DNA of 64,000 nt from Gammaproteobacteria bacterium (GCA_965277715.1 OZ255836.1:288001-352000), one strand, 5' to 3'; positions 32,394-43,789 are shown, numbered from the stretch's first letter. The notes: generated by a model from the letters alone, not told the origin. A program made the numbers and translations.

Positions 32394-32995
32394 TTGGCAG
32401 ACTCACCGGCCTGCTGTTGGAAAAGCGGCCACCGCAACTGTTGCTCGATGTCAACGGGGTTGGCTACGAAATTGAAGCGCCGATGTCGACGTTTTACGCG
32501 TTACCTGAGCTGGAACAGCGCGTTGCACTGCACACACACCTGGTGGTACGTGACGATGCGCATTTGCTCTTTGGCTTTGCCAGCGAGGCTGAACGCGGCC
32601 TGTTTCGCGCCCTGATTAAGGTGAACGGTGTGGGTGCCAAGGTGGCGCTGGCGATTCTCTCGGGGATTAGCGCCAGTGATTTCGCCCTCAGTATCAATAG
32701 CGGTGACGTCGCCACCCTGACGCGCCTGCCTGGCATTGGCAAGAAAACCGCCGAACGCCTGATTGTGGAAATGCGCGACAAACTCAACGAGCAACTATTG
32801 GGCATGGTGCCTGGCGCCCGTATTGATGGTGCTGGCCATGAAATACTGGGAGATGCCGCATCGCAGGCGGGTCAAGCCCTGGTCTCGCTGGGATACAAAC
32901 CGGCAGATGCCGCAAAAATGGTAAAATCGGTGGCCAGGGAAAACGCCAGCACCGAAGACATTATTCGCCTCGCACTGCAATCCCTACAGAGCTAA
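32390..32995 (+). CDS. ruvA: Holliday junction DNA-binding protein RuvA
   Basis: MIGRLTG, VNGVGAK, PGIGKKTAER. Confidence 0.97.
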   Translation: MIGRLTGLLLEKRPPQLLLDVNGVGYEIEAPMSTFYALPELEQRVALHTHLVVRDDAHLLFGFASEAERGLFRALIKVNGVGAKVALAILSGISASDFALSINSGDVATLTRLPGIGKKTAERLIVEMRDKLNEQLLGMVPGARIDGAGHEILGDAASQAGQALVSLGYKPADAAKMVKSVARENASTEDIIRLALQSLQS

Positions 32996-33022
32996 CCCTG
33001 CTCCCTACGCCAGTCCAATGCA

Positions 33023-34060
33023 ATGAGTGAAGAAGACCGCATAATCGCCGCTAAAGAGCAATCTGAAGACGATGCGCACGAGCGCGCTCTACGGCCCAAA
33101 TCACTGGCTGACTACCGGGGGCAACCGGCGGTTAACGAACAAATGGGCGTGTTTATCCCCGCTGCGCGGGCACGCCATGAGCCACTCGACCATGTGTTGA
33201 TATTTGGCCCGCCGGGGCTGGGTAAAACCACTTTGGCGAATATCATTGGCTACGAGATGGAGGTCAACGTTCGCCACACTTCTGGCCCGGTACTTGAAAA
33301 AGCGGGTGATCTAGCGGCTTTATTGACAAACCTGGAACCGCGTGATGTGCTGTTTATCGATGAAATCCATCGGCTCAGCCCGGTGGTTGAAGAAGTACTG
33401 TACCCGGCAATGGAGGATTACCAACTCGATATCGTTATTGGCGAAGGCCCTGCCGCTCGTGCCATCAAGCTCGACTTGCCACCGTTTACACTGGTTGGTG
33501 CGACAACCCGTGCCGGGCTGCTGACCTCGCCGCTGCGGGATCGGTTTGGCATCGTACAGCGCCTGGAGTTTTACAACACGCGTGACCTGGCCAATATCGT
33601 TCAGCGTTCAGCACGCATTCTAGACACCCCGATGGACGACCAGGGTGCCAATGAAATCGCCCGCCGTTCACGGGGTACACCGCGTATTGCCAATCGCCTG
33701 CTGCGCCGCGTGCGCGACTACGCTCAGGTCAAGGCAGATGGCACGGTGACTATCGATATTGCCGACCGCGCGCTAAATATGCTGCATGTCGATGCCCAGG
33801 GGCTGGATGGTATGGATCACAAACTGCTGCGTGCGGTTATCGATAAATTCTCAGGTGGCCCGGTGGGTGTGGATAATCTGGGTGCGGCGATTGGCGAGGA
33901 GAGCGGCACGATTGAAGATGTTATCGAGCCGTATTTGATTCAGCAGGGGCTATTGATGCGCACACCGCGTGGTCGTGTTGCGACAGCCAACACCTACCGG
34001 TTGTTTGGTTTGGCGTATGAAGGCGCCACTGGGGGTAGCACCCCCGATTTGTTTACATGA
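33023..34060 (+). CDS. ruvB: Holliday junction helicase RuvB
   Basis: [29 protein letters not shown]. Confidence 0.98.
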   Translation: MSEEDRIIAAKEQSEDDAHERALRPKSLADYRGQPAVNEQMGVFIPAARARHEPLDHVLIFGPPGLGKTTLANIIGYEMEVNVRHTSGPVLEKAGDLAALLTNLEPRDVLFIDEIHRLSPVVEEVLYPAMEDYQLDIVIGEGPAARAIKLDLPPFTLVGATTRAGLLTSPLRDRFGIVQRLEFYNTRDLANIVQRSARILDTPMDDQGANEIARRSRGTPRIANRLLRRVRDYAQVKADGTVTIDIADRALNMLHVDAQGLDGMDHKLLRAVIDKFSGGPVGVDNLGAAIGEESGTIEDVIEPYLIQQGLLMRTPRGRVATANTYRLFGLAYEGATGGSTPDLFT

Positions 34061-34554
34061 GCGGTAATGCACCCCACACACTACCGATTCGCGTTTACTA
34101 TGAAGACACCGATGTGGGTGGTGTGGTTTATTACGCCAACTACTTGAAGTTTATGGAGCGCGGTCGCACTGAGTTTTTGCGCTGCCTGGGTTTTCACCAA
34201 CGTCTGTTGCAGAGTGAAACACACTGTCAATTTGTGGTGCGTTCAGTGGCGATGGATTTGCACCGGCCCGCGCACCTCGATGACCTACTGCAACTCGAAA
34301 CCGAGGTGGTACATTGCGGTCGGGCAAGCCTGCGTTTTCACCAACGCGTCATGCGCCATAATACCGCCCAAGGTAATGTGGTTTCGGATAAAACGATTCA
34401 GGCGCCTGTATTGTTGTGTGCCGCCACTATCAGGATAGCGTGTGTCGATACGCTATCATTTCGACCCATTGCTATGCCGGCTATTCTGGCGGCCCAATTG
34501 GTCGATATCGCCGGGGCCGCTACTGCGGCCAACCCAGCCACTGTGAGAAAATAA
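34057..34554 (+). CDS. ybgC: Tol-Pal-associated acyl-CoA thioesterase YbgC
   Basis: [28 protein letters not shown]. Confidence 0.95.
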   Translation: MSGNAPHTLPIRVYYEDTDVGGVVYYANYLKFMERGRTEFLRCLGFHQRLLQSETHCQFVVRSVAMDLHRPAHLDDLLQLETEVVHCGRASLRFHQRVMRHNTAQGNVVSDKTIQAPVLLCAATIRIACVDTLSFRPIAMPAILAAQLVDIAGAATAANPATVRK

Positions 34555-34557
34555 ATT

Positions 34558-35235
34558 GTGAATGCCGATCTCTCCTATATACAGCTAATTTATAACGCCA
34601 GCCTACTGGTGCAACTGGTGATGTTGGCGCTATTGCTGACATCGGTGTTGTCCTGGTCAGTCATCTATAAGAAGTACAGACAATTTACTCAGGCAAAACG
34701 CGCCGCCACACGTTTTGAGACCCTGTTCTGGTCGGGGGGGGATGTCAACGCCATCTACAAAGCCCTGACTTCGCGCCGTGCCAGTCTGCACGGTCTGGAG
34801 CGTATATTCGAGGCGGGCTTTTCAGAGTATGGCCGTCTGCACAAACAGACCAACAATGGTGAGCAGATCCTTGAGGGCGCGCAGCGTGCGATGAAAGTGG
34901 CCTTATCACGCGAAACAGACGAGATAGAATCCAGCCTGCCATTTCTCGCCACCGTCGGCTCGACCAGCCCTTACATTGGTCTGTTTGGCACGGTGTGGGG
35001 GATTATGAACGCCTTTCGTGGGCTCGGTGGTGTACAACAGGCGACCTTGGCAATGGTCGCACCTGGTATCGCCGAGGCGCTGATTGCCACCGCGATGGGC
35101 CTGTTTGCTGCAATACCCGCAGTGATTGCCTACAACCGCTTCGTCAACACAGTCGATCGGCTACTGAACCGCTACGATAACTTTCTCGAAGAGTTCTCCA
35201 CCCTGCTGCAGCGCCAGGTCTATTCACGCCAGTGA
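34558..35235 (+). CDS. tolQ: TolQ
   Basis: SPYIGLFGTVWGIM, VAPGIAEAL. Confidence 0.97.
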   Translation: MNADLSYIQLIYNASLLVQLVMLALLLTSVLSWSVIYKKYRQFTQAKRAATRFETLFWSGGDVNAIYKALTSRRASLHGLERIFEAGFSEYGRLHKQTNNGEQILEGAQRAMKVALSRETDEIESSLPFLATVGSTSPYIGLFGTVWGIMNAFRGLGGVQQATLAMVAPGIAEALIATAMGLFAAIPAVIAYNRFVNTVDRLLNRYDNFLEEFSTLLQRQVYSRQ

Positions 35236-35288
35236 GGAAACAGCAGAGAAACGGGGAGTAAAATGCCTATTTTTACGGGGTGGCAGTA

Positions 35289-35717
35289 ATGACAAGACAC
35301 ACTAAACAGCGCAAACGCCCGATGGGTGAAATTAACGTAGTACCGTATATCGACGTTATGCTGGTGCTATTGGTGATCTTCATGATTACCGCGCCGTTGC
35401 TAAAAACCGGCGTTGATGTGGAACTGCCCAAAGCGGCATCCAGCCCCTTGGCGAATGATCAACAGGACGAACCCTTAATATTGACCGTACAAAAAGACGG
35501 TGCCTTTTTACTCGGTGATGAACCGATGGAAAACGATGAACAGGTGAGGTTGAAAGTGTCTGCGATACTGCGCCTGGCAAACCAAAACGGCAGGCAGCCT
35601 GAAGTATTGGTGGCGGGTGATGCCGGTGTCAATTATGGCCGTGTTGTACAGGGCATGGCGCTGTTGCAGGCTGCAGGTGTCCCTCAGGTTGGTCTGATTA
35701 CCGAACCGGCGCAGTGA
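35289..35717 (+). CDS. tolR: TolR
   Basis: EINVVPYIDVMLVLL. Confidence 0.97.
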   Translation: MTRHTKQRKRPMGEINVVPYIDVMLVLLVIFMITAPLLKTGVDVELPKAASSPLANDQQDEPLILTVQKDGAFLLGDEPMENDEQVRLKVSAILRLANQNGRQPEVLVAGDAGVNYGRVVQGMALLQAAGVPQVGLITEPAQ

Positions 35718-35721
35718 CCTA

Positions 35722-36642
35722 ATGTGGGAGCTGGTCAAACATCATCCACAGTCGTTGTGTATTTCCGTGATCGGGCATGCGCTGTTGTTAGGTGTGCTGG
35801 TTTACGGTATCGATTTCGATGCGCTGAAAAAAGATGATCAGGGGCACGCTCAAATAGACCGGATCAAAGCGGTTGCTGTCGATCAAAAGCTGATCCAGGA
35901 TGAAGTCGGAAAACTCAAAAAAGCCAATGAAGTAGAAGCTAAGAGGCAAAAAGAAGCGGAGATTAAAAAACAAAAGGAAGCGGAGGCCAGGAGGCAAAAA
36001 GAGATAGAGGTTAAAAAGCAAAAGGAGGCCGAAACCAAGAGGCAAAAAGAAGCGGAGGCCAAAAAACAGAAAGAGGCCGAAGCCAGACGGCAAAAAGCGG
36101 CTGAGGCCAAAAAACAAAAGGAGATTGAAGCCAAAAAGCAAAAAGAAGCTGAGGCTAAAAAACAAAAAGCGGCCGAGGCAAAGCGCCAACAGCAGGAGCG
36201 CGAGCGTATTGCGGCCCTGGAGGTGGAACGCAAGCGCGAAGAGGAGCGCATTGCCGCCCTGGAAGCCGAACGCAAACGCGAAGAGCAGCGTATCGCCGCA
36301 ATCGAGGCGGAGCGCCAGAGCGCCTTGCAAGCTGAGCGCTCGCGCAAACAACAGCGGCGATTGGCGGGTTTACTCGCTGAGTATCAGGCCGCCATCAAAC
36401 AAAAAGTGCGGCGCAAATGGATCAAACCGGGCAGTGCCAATCAAAGCCACCAGTGCACAGTACGGGCGGTACAAATACCCTCGGGAGAAGTGATTGATGT
36501 GAACGTCTTGTCATGCACTGGCGGTGGCGATGCCCTGGCACGCTCGGTAGAATTGGCTGTGCGCAAGGCCTCGCCTTTGCCATTGCCCAAAGATATGGCA
36601 CTGTTTTCCCGTCAACTGGAATTTACATTCAGGCCGGAATAG
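35722..36642 (+). CDS. tolA: TolA
   Basis: TM helix with S-x3-H, long K/E/A helical repeat, C-terminal SPLPLP domain; synteny. Confidence 0.93.
   Translation: MWELVKHHPQSLCISVIGHALLLGVLVYGIDFDALKKDDQGHAQIDRIKAVAVDQKLIQDEVGKLKKANEVEAKRQKEAEIKKQKEAEARRQKEIEVKKQKEAETKRQKEAEAKKQKEAEARRQKAAEAKKQKEIEAKKQKEAEAKKQKAAEAKRQQQERERIAALEVERKREEERIAALEAERKREEQRIAAIEAERQSALQAERSRKQQRRLAGLLAEYQAAIKQKVRRKWIKPGSANQSHQCTVRAVQIPSGEVIDVNVLSCTGGGDALARSVELAVRKASPLPLPKDMALFSRQLEFTFRPE
35929..36318 (+). repeat. TolA coding repeats: about eleven 24-nt units (EAEAKKQK) then three 42-nt units (EERIAALEAERKR-type)
   Basis: Visible in both protein and DNA. Confidence 0.85.
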
Positions 36643-36708
36643 GTCATTCTGGTGCCGGTTGCCCACACTTAAAATTAAACCAGATACAGATACATTGCGA
36701 ACAACACC

Positions 36709-38016
36709 ATGCGCCTGATCCGATCATTACTCTTCTTTATGTTCGCCTTCCATGCTTTGATGCTCAATGCCGCCGATGACATACTGCATATTGAAGTGAC
36801 CGGTGGTACTGAAGGGGCCTTACCTATTGCGATAGTCCCTTTTACCTGGGAGGGGGCGGGTGCACCACCCCAAGACCTGGCACACATTGTCAGCGCAGAC
36901 CTGGCGCGCAGTGGTCAGTTTGCACCGCTGCCTGTCGGTGATCTACTGGCACGGCCAAAAAGTGGTGCCGAAGTAACCTTTGCCAACTGGAAAACGGGCG
37001 GCATTGAAAACCTGGTTATCGGCAAACTCAAACAGGTGGATAACGGTGGCTATGTTGCACAGTTTCAGTTGTTCGATGTGTTTAACGAAAAACAAATGCT
37101 CGGCTACAGCTTTCCGGTGCAGGCCACGCAGCTCCGCCAGGTGGCACACGAAATCAGCGATATTATTTTTGAAAAACTCACTGGGCTGCGCGGTGCGTTT
37201 AATACACAGGTCGCCTACGTCTCGGTAGTGAACACGGCTGATGGCAAGCGCAGCCATATCTTGAAAATTGCCGATTCGGACGGGTTTGACCCACAGACCA
37301 TTCTCTCGTCAAAATTGCCGCTGATGTCACCATCCTGGTCACCAGATGGCCAACAAATTGCCTACGTCTCCTTTGAAAACCGCCGCACATCCGCCATCTA
37401 TATACAATCGGTCAATACCGGCAAACGCCAAAAGATATCCTCTGTACAAGGCATTAACGGCGCCCCGGTATGGTCACCAGACGGCAGTAAGCTGGCCCTG
37501 ACCCTGTCGCACCAGGGCAACCCTGACATCTATCTGCTCGATGTGGCATCGGGCCGTTTGACACAGCTAACGCGCAATCGGGCCATCGATACCGAGGCCA
37601 CCTGGGATCCCTCCGGCGACAGCCTGATTTTTACCTCTGATCGCAGCAGTGGCGTGCAGTTGTACGAGATACCGGTTACCGGTGGGCGGGCGCAACGTTT
37701 AACTTTTGAAGGTCGTTACAATGCCAGCCCATCGGTCTCGCCTGATGGCCAGTTGATCGCGTTCGTATACGGTGATCAGGGGCGTTTTCGTATCGCGGTG
37801 CTCAATCGGCAGACCGCTGAGCTGCGTATTCTCACTGATGGTCGTCTCGACGAATCCCCCAGCTTTGCACCCAATGGTAGTATGATTATCTACGCGGCGG
37901 CTGGCAGTCCTCGGGGGGTATTGGGTGCCGTCTCGGCTGATGGTCGGATCAAGCAACGTTTTACCCTGAGCGAAGGGGATGTGCGCGAGCCAGCCTGGTC
38001 GCCCTTTTTAAAATAG
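36709..38016 (+). CDS. tolB: TolB
   Basis: Signal peptide, WSPDG beta-propeller repeats. Confidence 0.97.
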   Translation: MRLIRSLLFFMFAFHALMLNAADDILHIEVTGGTEGALPIAIVPFTWEGAGAPPQDLAHIVSADLARSGQFAPLPVGDLLARPKSGAEVTFANWKTGGIENLVIGKLKQVDNGGYVAQFQLFDVFNEKQMLGYSFPVQATQLRQVAHEISDIIFEKLTGLRGAFNTQVAYVSVVNTADGKRSHILKIADSDGFDPQTILSSKLPLMSPSWSPDGQQIAYVSFENRRTSAIYIQSVNTGKRQKISSVQGINGAPVWSPDGSKLALTLSHQGNPDIYLLDVASGRLTQLTRNRAIDTEATWDPSGDSLIFTSDRSSGVQLYEIPVTGGRAQRLTFEGRYNASPSVSPDGQLIAFVYGDQGRFRIAVLNRQTAELRILTDGRLDESPSFAPNGSMIIYAAAGSPRGVLGAVSADGRIKQRFTLSEGDVREPAWSPFLK

Positions 38017-38107
38017 CATTTACAATAGGCACTCTGTTTATCGGGAGAGCCGCAATACGATGAACATAAACCGATTAACCAAGGCATAGGTGCCATAGGA
38101 GTATTTG

Positions 38108-38668
38108 ATGATAAAAATGTTAGTTAAAGTAGTGTTTGTATCCCTGTTTCTTGGTGGGTTGATAAGTTGTAGTACAACCACTGAAAAGCCTCCAGAAGTC
38201 ACTGTCGATACGAGTGATAAAAGTGCAGCCACTGATTCAGGTGATGATGCCGGAAACGACACGGGGGCGACCACCAGTGGCACTGAAATAGCGGCTACAT
38301 TTGCGCGTAACGCAATCAGTGATCCAAGCAGCCCGCTCAACCAAAAAGTCATCTATTTCGATTACGACAAGAGTGCTGTATTGGCCGAGTATATGGGGGT
38401 GGTCGACAACCACGCCAGATACCTGACTGATTACCCGGACGTGAGAATACGCCTGGAAGGCCATACCGATGAGCGCGCCTCACGGGAGTACAATATTGCC
38501 CTGGGTGAACGCCGTGCTGCCACTGTGCGTCGCTTATTGTTATTGCAGGGCGTGTCTGCTGATCAGGTCAGTATCCTCAGTTACGGTGAAGAGCTGCCCG
38601 CCGCGCTGGGGCACGATGAATCTGCCTGGGCGCAAAACCGCCGCGTCGAATTTGTCTATGAGCCTTAA
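38108..38668 (+). CDS. pal: Peptidoglycan-associated lipoprotein Pal
   Basis: Lipobox LISC, EGHTDER..YNIALGERRA, NRRVE. Confidence 0.97.
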   Translation: MIKMLVKVVFVSLFLGGLISCSTTTEKPPEVTVDTSDKSAATDSGDDAGNDTGATTSGTEIAATFARNAISDPSSPLNQKVIYFDYDKSAVLAEYMGVVDNHARYLTDYPDVRIRLEGHTDERASREYNIALGERRAATVRRLLLLQGVSADQVSILSYGEELPAALGHDESAWAQNRRVEFVYEP

Positions 38669-38771
38669 TCTTTCCACGAGTACCTAAACCTGATAGAAGG
38701 TGTTGGAAGTGTTGTGAGTGCAGCAGTTTTTCGGCACCTTCAATAGGTATTTAATCCAGGAATATAACGGT

Positions 38772-39629
38772 ATGTTCAAAACTGCCTCTGTTGCGTTAGT
38801 TGCCCTGACAGGGTTTGTGTGTGTGGGAGAGGCCTTAGCGGCTACCTCTGTGACCAGCACCACGGCTGAATCAGCGGCTACCAGTACCTCCCTTGCCGGT
38901 GTCAATCAGCGACTCAAACGTATTGAGCGCGTACTCGAAAACCAGGTAATGCTGGAAATGTTGCAGCGTATCGAAAGCCTGCAGATAGAAGTGCGCGAAC
39001 TGCGTGGGGAAATTGAAAGCCAGGGGTTTGAGCTACAATCGATGCGTAAACAACAACGCGATCTGTACCTCGATACAGACCGGCGTTTACGTGACCTTGA
39101 GCTGGTTGGCAGCGCCCCTAACAGCCAATCCTCTGGAGTAACCATTGAACCGACGGAGACAGCTCCATCAGGTGGTGATGCGACAGCGGCTCTTAACACT
39201 GCCGGTACAAATAGTACTGGGACTATAGCCTCTTTCGACCCGGCCCAGGAAAAGGCTGCTTATACCGATGCCTTCAATTATCTTAAAGAAGGACGCTATG
39301 AAGGCGCTATCAAGGCGTTTGGCCAGTTTTTACAGAATTACCCTAATGGTAACTATGCCGATAATGCACAGTACTGGCTGGGCGAAGCCAATTACGTATC
39401 ACGTTTTTATGATGTCGCGATTAAAGAATTTAAGACCGTTGTCAGTAAATACCCCGCCAGCCCAAAGATAGCTGATGCGCGTTTGAAGATAGGGTATGTG
39501 CACTATGAACTTAAAAACTGGCAAGCTGCACGTGATGCCCTCACCGCACTGGAAAGTGACTTCCCCGGCACTTCTGTTGCCCGCTTGGCTAATAAGCGAT
39601 TGGCGCGGATGCGCGATGAAGGTCACTGA
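38772..39629 (+). CDS. cpoB: Tol-Pal system protein CpoB/YbgF
   Basis: Coiled coil plus TPR (NAQYWLGE). Confidence 0.95.
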   Translation: MFKTASVALVALTGFVCVGEALAATSVTSTTAESAATSTSLAGVNQRLKRIERVLENQVMLEMLQRIESLQIEVRELRGEIESQGFELQSMRKQQRDLYLDTDRRLRDLELVGSAPNSQSSGVTIEPTETAPSGGDATAALNTAGTNSTGTIASFDPAQEKAAYTDAFNYLKEGRYEGAIKAFGQFLQNYPNGNYADNAQYWLGEANYVSRFYDVAIKEFKTVVSKYPASPKIADARLKIGYVHYELKNWQAARDALTALESDFPGTSVARLANKRLARMRDEGH

Positions 39630-39729
39630 TAATCAGTGATTGTCAGGGGTATGCATTTGGCACGCGTTTATAAACAGGAAACGCTTTAAAATGGTTTGTG
39701 ACTCCTGTATTATGCCCCGCTTTCTTCCA

Positions 39730-39805
39730 GGGCCGTTAGCTCAGTCGGTAGAGCATCTGACTTTTAATCAGGTGGTCGAAGGTTCGAATCCTTCACGGCC
39801 CACCA
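39730..39805 (+). tRNA. tRNA-Lys (anticodon TTT)
   Basis: 76 nt, GGGCCGT/ACGGCCC acceptor stem, CTTTTAA anticodon loop, GTTCGAATC, encoded CCA. Confidence 0.98.
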
Positions 39806-39908
39806 TTTTTTCAGCTTTTGCTTATAAGTTAATGAATTATAAGTAAATAGTTTGGTCGAGATTCGATCAAGTCTCATTAATGTTGTGAGGAAGGTAAGCC
39901 CCCTCTTT

Positions 39909-39943
39909 CTAAGGCCTGCACCGTGAATGCGGGCCTTAGTTTT
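39909..39943 (+). terminator. Intrinsic terminator-like hairpin downstream of tRNA-Lys
   Basis: CTAAGGCCTGCA-N7-TGCGGGCCTTAG then TTTT. Confidence 0.6.
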
Positions 39944-39977
39944 ATATGAGGTTCTCTACCATCTACTATCAGAATCA

Positions 39978-41291
39978 TCAGTGTTTCAAAATTCCTGGCT
40001 GTCGAGGTTTTAAATGCCTCACTAAGCTATGCATAATAGTTCTAAGGGACTTTCTTGTCATTATTGCATTTTGCAGAGAGCGGATGGTGAATGAGCATAT
40101 ACGGGTAATTCTAGCGTAAAAAAACAATGGATTAACAAAGCCGCCTTTTTTCTGGGCAATTTGTTGTCTCTTATCAAGCATTTTAGTGTATTTTTTATCA
40201 GATGGATGAATACATTCCAGGTTTTTTGTTTTTGATGTTTCTTCAAAAATACGCATGATATTATAGGCCATAGCAGTAAAACGCATTTGACTGTTCAGCG
40301 CATTCAGGTTTGACGACCAGGCTTTTCTTTCGGTGAAATCACTTTTACTATTGTTGAATGATTTTTCTATCGTCCAACGCTTGTAATAGAGCATAGCAAT
40401 AGTGCCTGGGTTAATTGACTCTGGTAGCGTTGAAATAAATTGATGTAATTGACCTGTTTCTGGGTCGCGGTATTTAACAATATGAAATTGGGCCTTTTTA
40501 TTTTTATATACACTATAGCCTTCAACCCCTGTATTAATTTCACTACCCTGGTCATAGGGTGTAGAGTTGACAAAAGTTGCAACTGCATTTTCTTTGAGTA
40601 CTGAAATCATAAAATTCTGATGCTGTTTTTGCTTTTCCCACCATGCATAATCAGTCACCGCCTTATCGTATATATAGAGATGCTTTTGCCAAGTCTCTTT
40701 TTCGCCACAACGTTGTTCAATATAAGAACGTAACGCGGGTATTTCCTGGTGCCGTTCAGTACCGTTAGTCACGACACAAAGTGGTCTTAGAAGTCCATTT
40801 CTGAGGTTCAAGGCATGAATAAAGCCTGCTGCGAAGACGTTGCCCTGACGATTTTTCTCTGTGTGACAAGCATGCTGTATAAAATGACCATCAGCTGCTT
40901 CTACTCGATATTCTTCAAGTTCAGGAAATTGTTTTAAATAATCAATGTCCAAAGAAGATAATTTCTCACTTTGCAGTTGATAGCTTTGCTTTTCCATGGC
41001 TTGCATCATCTTCATCCGTCTTGTCGACTTCAATGCGTTAAAATAGCTTGAATGACAAATTGTCTCGTCGTATATTTCATCCGTAACCTGTAGATAGTGA
41101 CGACCACTATGTACAAGACTTATACAGCGAAGTAACCCATGGCGAGAAAAAGCTACGTCATCAATGGCATCGCATGATCTTTTCCATAAAGGGAAGCGTT
41201 CAGCAGCAATTGCTTTTTACATACTTATTTTACAGTGTTCGGTGATATATTCTTCAACGGTCATTATTTCGTTCATATTAAATTTTCCCAT
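39978..41291 (-). pseudogene. IS4-superfamily DDE transposase with early nonsense codon
   Basis: AADGHF, YDKA, YYKRWTIEKSF; in-frame TAA at 41217-41219. Confidence 0.8.
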
Positions 41292-41509
41292 TTAATCAGA
41301 TACTAAATGGGTATTTTAAAAAAAATTCTGCTGGTGAATGCAAGTGTTTTTTTGGATAATTTTATTTATTTTATGAATTATAAAGCGTGTTATCGGTTTA
41401 TAAAAAAACAGTACAAATTTTATAAAAAATACTATTTGTAGCTTATGGCGGCTCTTTTCAGGTGTTATTCATTGCGTTATTAGCTTCCTGGTAGGATTCT
41501 AGTGGTACA

Positions 41510-41729
41510 CCCATGAATGGGATAGTATTTTTCCCGACAGTATGATGACCGTGGCTGCCGTTGACAGGCTCATTCACCATGCCGCCATTGTCGAAATGAA
41601 CGGCGACAGCTATCGGAAAAAACAACAAATTAATAGTTTGAAAACACAGGGGAAAACAACCTCCCTTTTGTGACAACTAACCGGACAACTTAATTGACGC
41701 CTATCGGACAAAATAATTGACACTTAACA
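41510..41729 (+). mobile_element. IS21-family right-end remnant (istB C-terminus plus repeated terminal boxes)
   Basis: WDSIFPDSMMTVAAVDRLIHHAAIVEMNGDSYRK; repeated CGGACAA..TAATTGAC ending in CA. Confidence 0.82.
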
Positions 41730-41917
41730 AGCGTACCTTGTGCAATGCCTTCTTCCTTGGCTAACCGGGAAATTGTCTGATTGTTCGGCGGCAGCATCTT
41801 CTTTAAAACAGCGGCCTTTCTTTCTACTGGATAACACATACCACTCTCTCTTTGCCTCCTGTAAAAACTTATTGAATCCCAATTTAGGGAGGGGGACAAA
41901 TACCCTGACACAGGGGG
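41730..41917 (-). mobile_element. Left-end fragment of the IS3-family element at 49432
   Basis: Near-identical to 49432-49618. Confidence 0.88.
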
Positions 41918-41918
41918 C

Positions 41919-42032
41919 ATTATCCGTAACGACAACCGCGCTATCTTTAAAGCCGCTGCACAGGCGCAGAAGGCCCATGAGTGGATTACTCAGGCTTATG
42001 AAGCCAATCAAATTCACACCAAGGCAGCGTAG
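41919..42032 (+). pseudogene. C-terminal remnant of an ArdC-like antirestriction protein
   Basis: IIRNDNRAIFKAAAQAQKAHEWI matches the ArdC tail pattern; cut by the IS3 end; followed by hairpin CCACGGGGCA-TT-TGCCCCGTGG (42051-42072). Confidence 0.6.
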
Positions 42033-42168
42033 ATATACAAACCACTAACACCACGGGGCATTTGCCCCGTGGCCTACACTCTACTTTGAATAACCTAGTA
42101 AGTAATCGTTGTATATCAAAATAAGTACAAGTACAATAATAAGTACAAATAAAGAGAGATGTCAAATT

Positions 42169-42423
42169 ATGAACACAATGAGCTATTCAGCTTTTCGAAC
42201 TCAACTGGCAGGTACTCTGGATAAGGTAAACGAAGATCAAAAGCCATTATTAATCACTCGACAGAATGGTAAGCCTGCTGTCGTGATGAGCCTGGTGGAA
42301 TTTCACTCCTATGAAGAAACAGCCTACTTGATGGCCAATCCTCGTAATGCGGCTCGTCTAGCGGAGTCTATTGCCCAAATTGAGTCAGGTGATGTTGTTG
42401 AAAATGGTCTAATCGAAGAATGA
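42169..42423 (+). CDS. yefM: YefM antitoxin
   Basis: MNTMSYSAFR..LLITRQNGKPAVVMSL..EETAYL; GTACA repeats upstream resemble the YefM operator. Confidence 0.95.
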   Translation: MNTMSYSAFRTQLAGTLDKVNEDQKPLLITRQNGKPAVVMSLVEFHSYEETAYLMANPRNAARLAESIAQIESGDVVENGLIEE

Positions 42424-42674
42424 GGCTCACTTGGTCGCTAAATGCTTGGGAAGATTATTTGTACTGGCAACAAATCGATAAAAAGCTGTTAAAACGCATT
42501 AATAAACTGATCAAAGATATTATGCGCAATCCGTTTGACGGTATTGGAGACCCTGAACCTTTAAAGCATAGCTGGTCTGGTTATTGGTCTCGACGTATCA
42601 ACAGGGAGCACAGGCTTGTTTATAAAATTGAAGGTTCGACAGTGATTATTGCTCAGTGTCGATACCATTATTAA
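42420..42674 (+). CDS. yoeB: YoeB (Txe) mRNA interferase toxin
   Basis: AWEDYLYWQ, GIGDPEPLK, WSRRI..HRLVY, CRYHY. Confidence 0.96.
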   Translation: MRLTWSLNAWEDYLYWQQIDKKLLKRINKLIKDIMRNPFDGIGDPEPLKHSWSGYWSRRINREHRLVYKIEGSTVIIAQCRYHY

Positions 42675-42919
42675 ACGGAAGGAATTAGGTATGTTGGATT
42701 CAAATGTAATTTCATTAGAGGGAAAACTGGTTGAAAAATACAGAATTTTTTCAGTTAAAGATCTCCATCTTTAAACATTTTATAAACGAATATCTATTAT
42801 AAACTAGTAGGTATAAAAACCTTACCCGATATAATCAGAAAAACAGGAGAGGCAGCAATGCTTATATGGTTTGCGGTGAACTGGTTTCAAATCACTTATT
42901 AGGGCTGATCGAAAATTTA

Positions 42920-43075
42920 TGTGACCGGCTGATCGCCAACGCTTGATACTGATACTCCAACGCCTCATCGTGTCGGCCTAACTCACCCAGGGTACTCCCC
43001 ACATTATCCACACTGATTGGCTGATCGCCAATGCTTGCTGTTGGTACTCCAGTGCCTCATCATAATAGCCGTCTA
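42920..43075 (-). pseudogene. TPR (TPR_12-like) repeat remnant
   Basis: YDEALEYQQQALAIS and NVGSTLGELGRHDEALEYQYQALAIS. Confidence 0.7.
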
Positions 43076-43132
43076 AGCCGGTAACATGACCTAACAAGCT
43101 GTAATAAACTCCCCCTTCCTGGTTATGCGGTA

Positions 43133-43228
43133 TGCCACCCGATATGATAAGTTGAAGCGGAATTATCGGAGCATGTTCGCCTTGGCATGCTCCTTTCTTT
43201 GGTTACCCATGTGAAACGCCAATAGGCC
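43133..43228 (+). mobile_element. IS5-family right-end remnant
   Basis: Matches about 53356-53451; followed by CTAG. Confidence 0.85.
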
Positions 43229-43402
43229 CTAGGTTCTGAGTTCTCTTTGGCAGAAGTTATTGTCGTATTCATCATCTTATTCCGTCATCTATATTCAATA
43301 GTATAGGCGCTTTCATTGTCTTTTCAATGGCTGAAAAAGAGGGGGTTTTCTTGTGGTATGTAACAAGGAAAAATCGGCGAAAAATTTTTTGTGCGCAGGC
43401 TT

Positions 43403-43789
43403 TTAGGCATCCAATAACCCACCAAGCTCGGCCTTCAGCCTTGTTTCTATATCGTCGTTGAAGATATCACGTATCGCGATATACTGAATACCGGCATTCT
43501 CAAGGGCGATTTTTTTAATACCGTCACGAAAGCCCGATGTGTCGTTATCGTGGCCTGAACCATTAACTTCAATGATAGCTATGGGCAAGTACTTTCGGTC
43601 GGTGATACAAATATCAACACGTTTGCTATTGATAAACCGATAACCTTCTTCGTTATCACACGACAATACCTCACCAAGATTAACCTGGCCAAAAATGTGG
43701 TAGCGCTTTGGTGCATACTGAGTAATGAAGTGATTGCACCACAAATGCATCAAACTCATCTGAATCATCAGGCATAGGCTATTCTCCAC
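43403..43789 (-). CDS. DUF2726-domain protein (restriction-endonuclease-like), probably N-truncated
   Basis: QVNLGEVL, INSKRVD, IEVNGSGH, RDGIKK..AGI. Confidence 0.75.
   Translation of the reverse strand: MENSLCLMIQMSLMHLWCNHFITQYAPKRYHIFGQVNLGEVLSCDNEEGYRFINSKRVDICITDRKYLPIAIIEVNGSGHDNDTSGFRDGIKKIALENAGIQYIAIRDIFNDDIETRLKAELGGLLDA

Noticed and set aside
35929-36318. TolA tandem repeats as a novelty
   Set aside because: Variable K/E/A repeats are a normal feature of TolA domain II.
17609-39626. Numerous long antisense and overlapping ORFs within core genes
   Set aside because: Shadow frames of GC-rich coding sequence with no recognisable motifs.
42109-42674. yefM-yoeB as a displaced integron cassette
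   Set aside because: No recognisable attC downstream and no GTT core with a matching R''.
43089-43128. ACCTAAC...GTTATGC as a stray attC
   Set aside because: Only about 40 bp long, with no complementary L boxes or internal stem.
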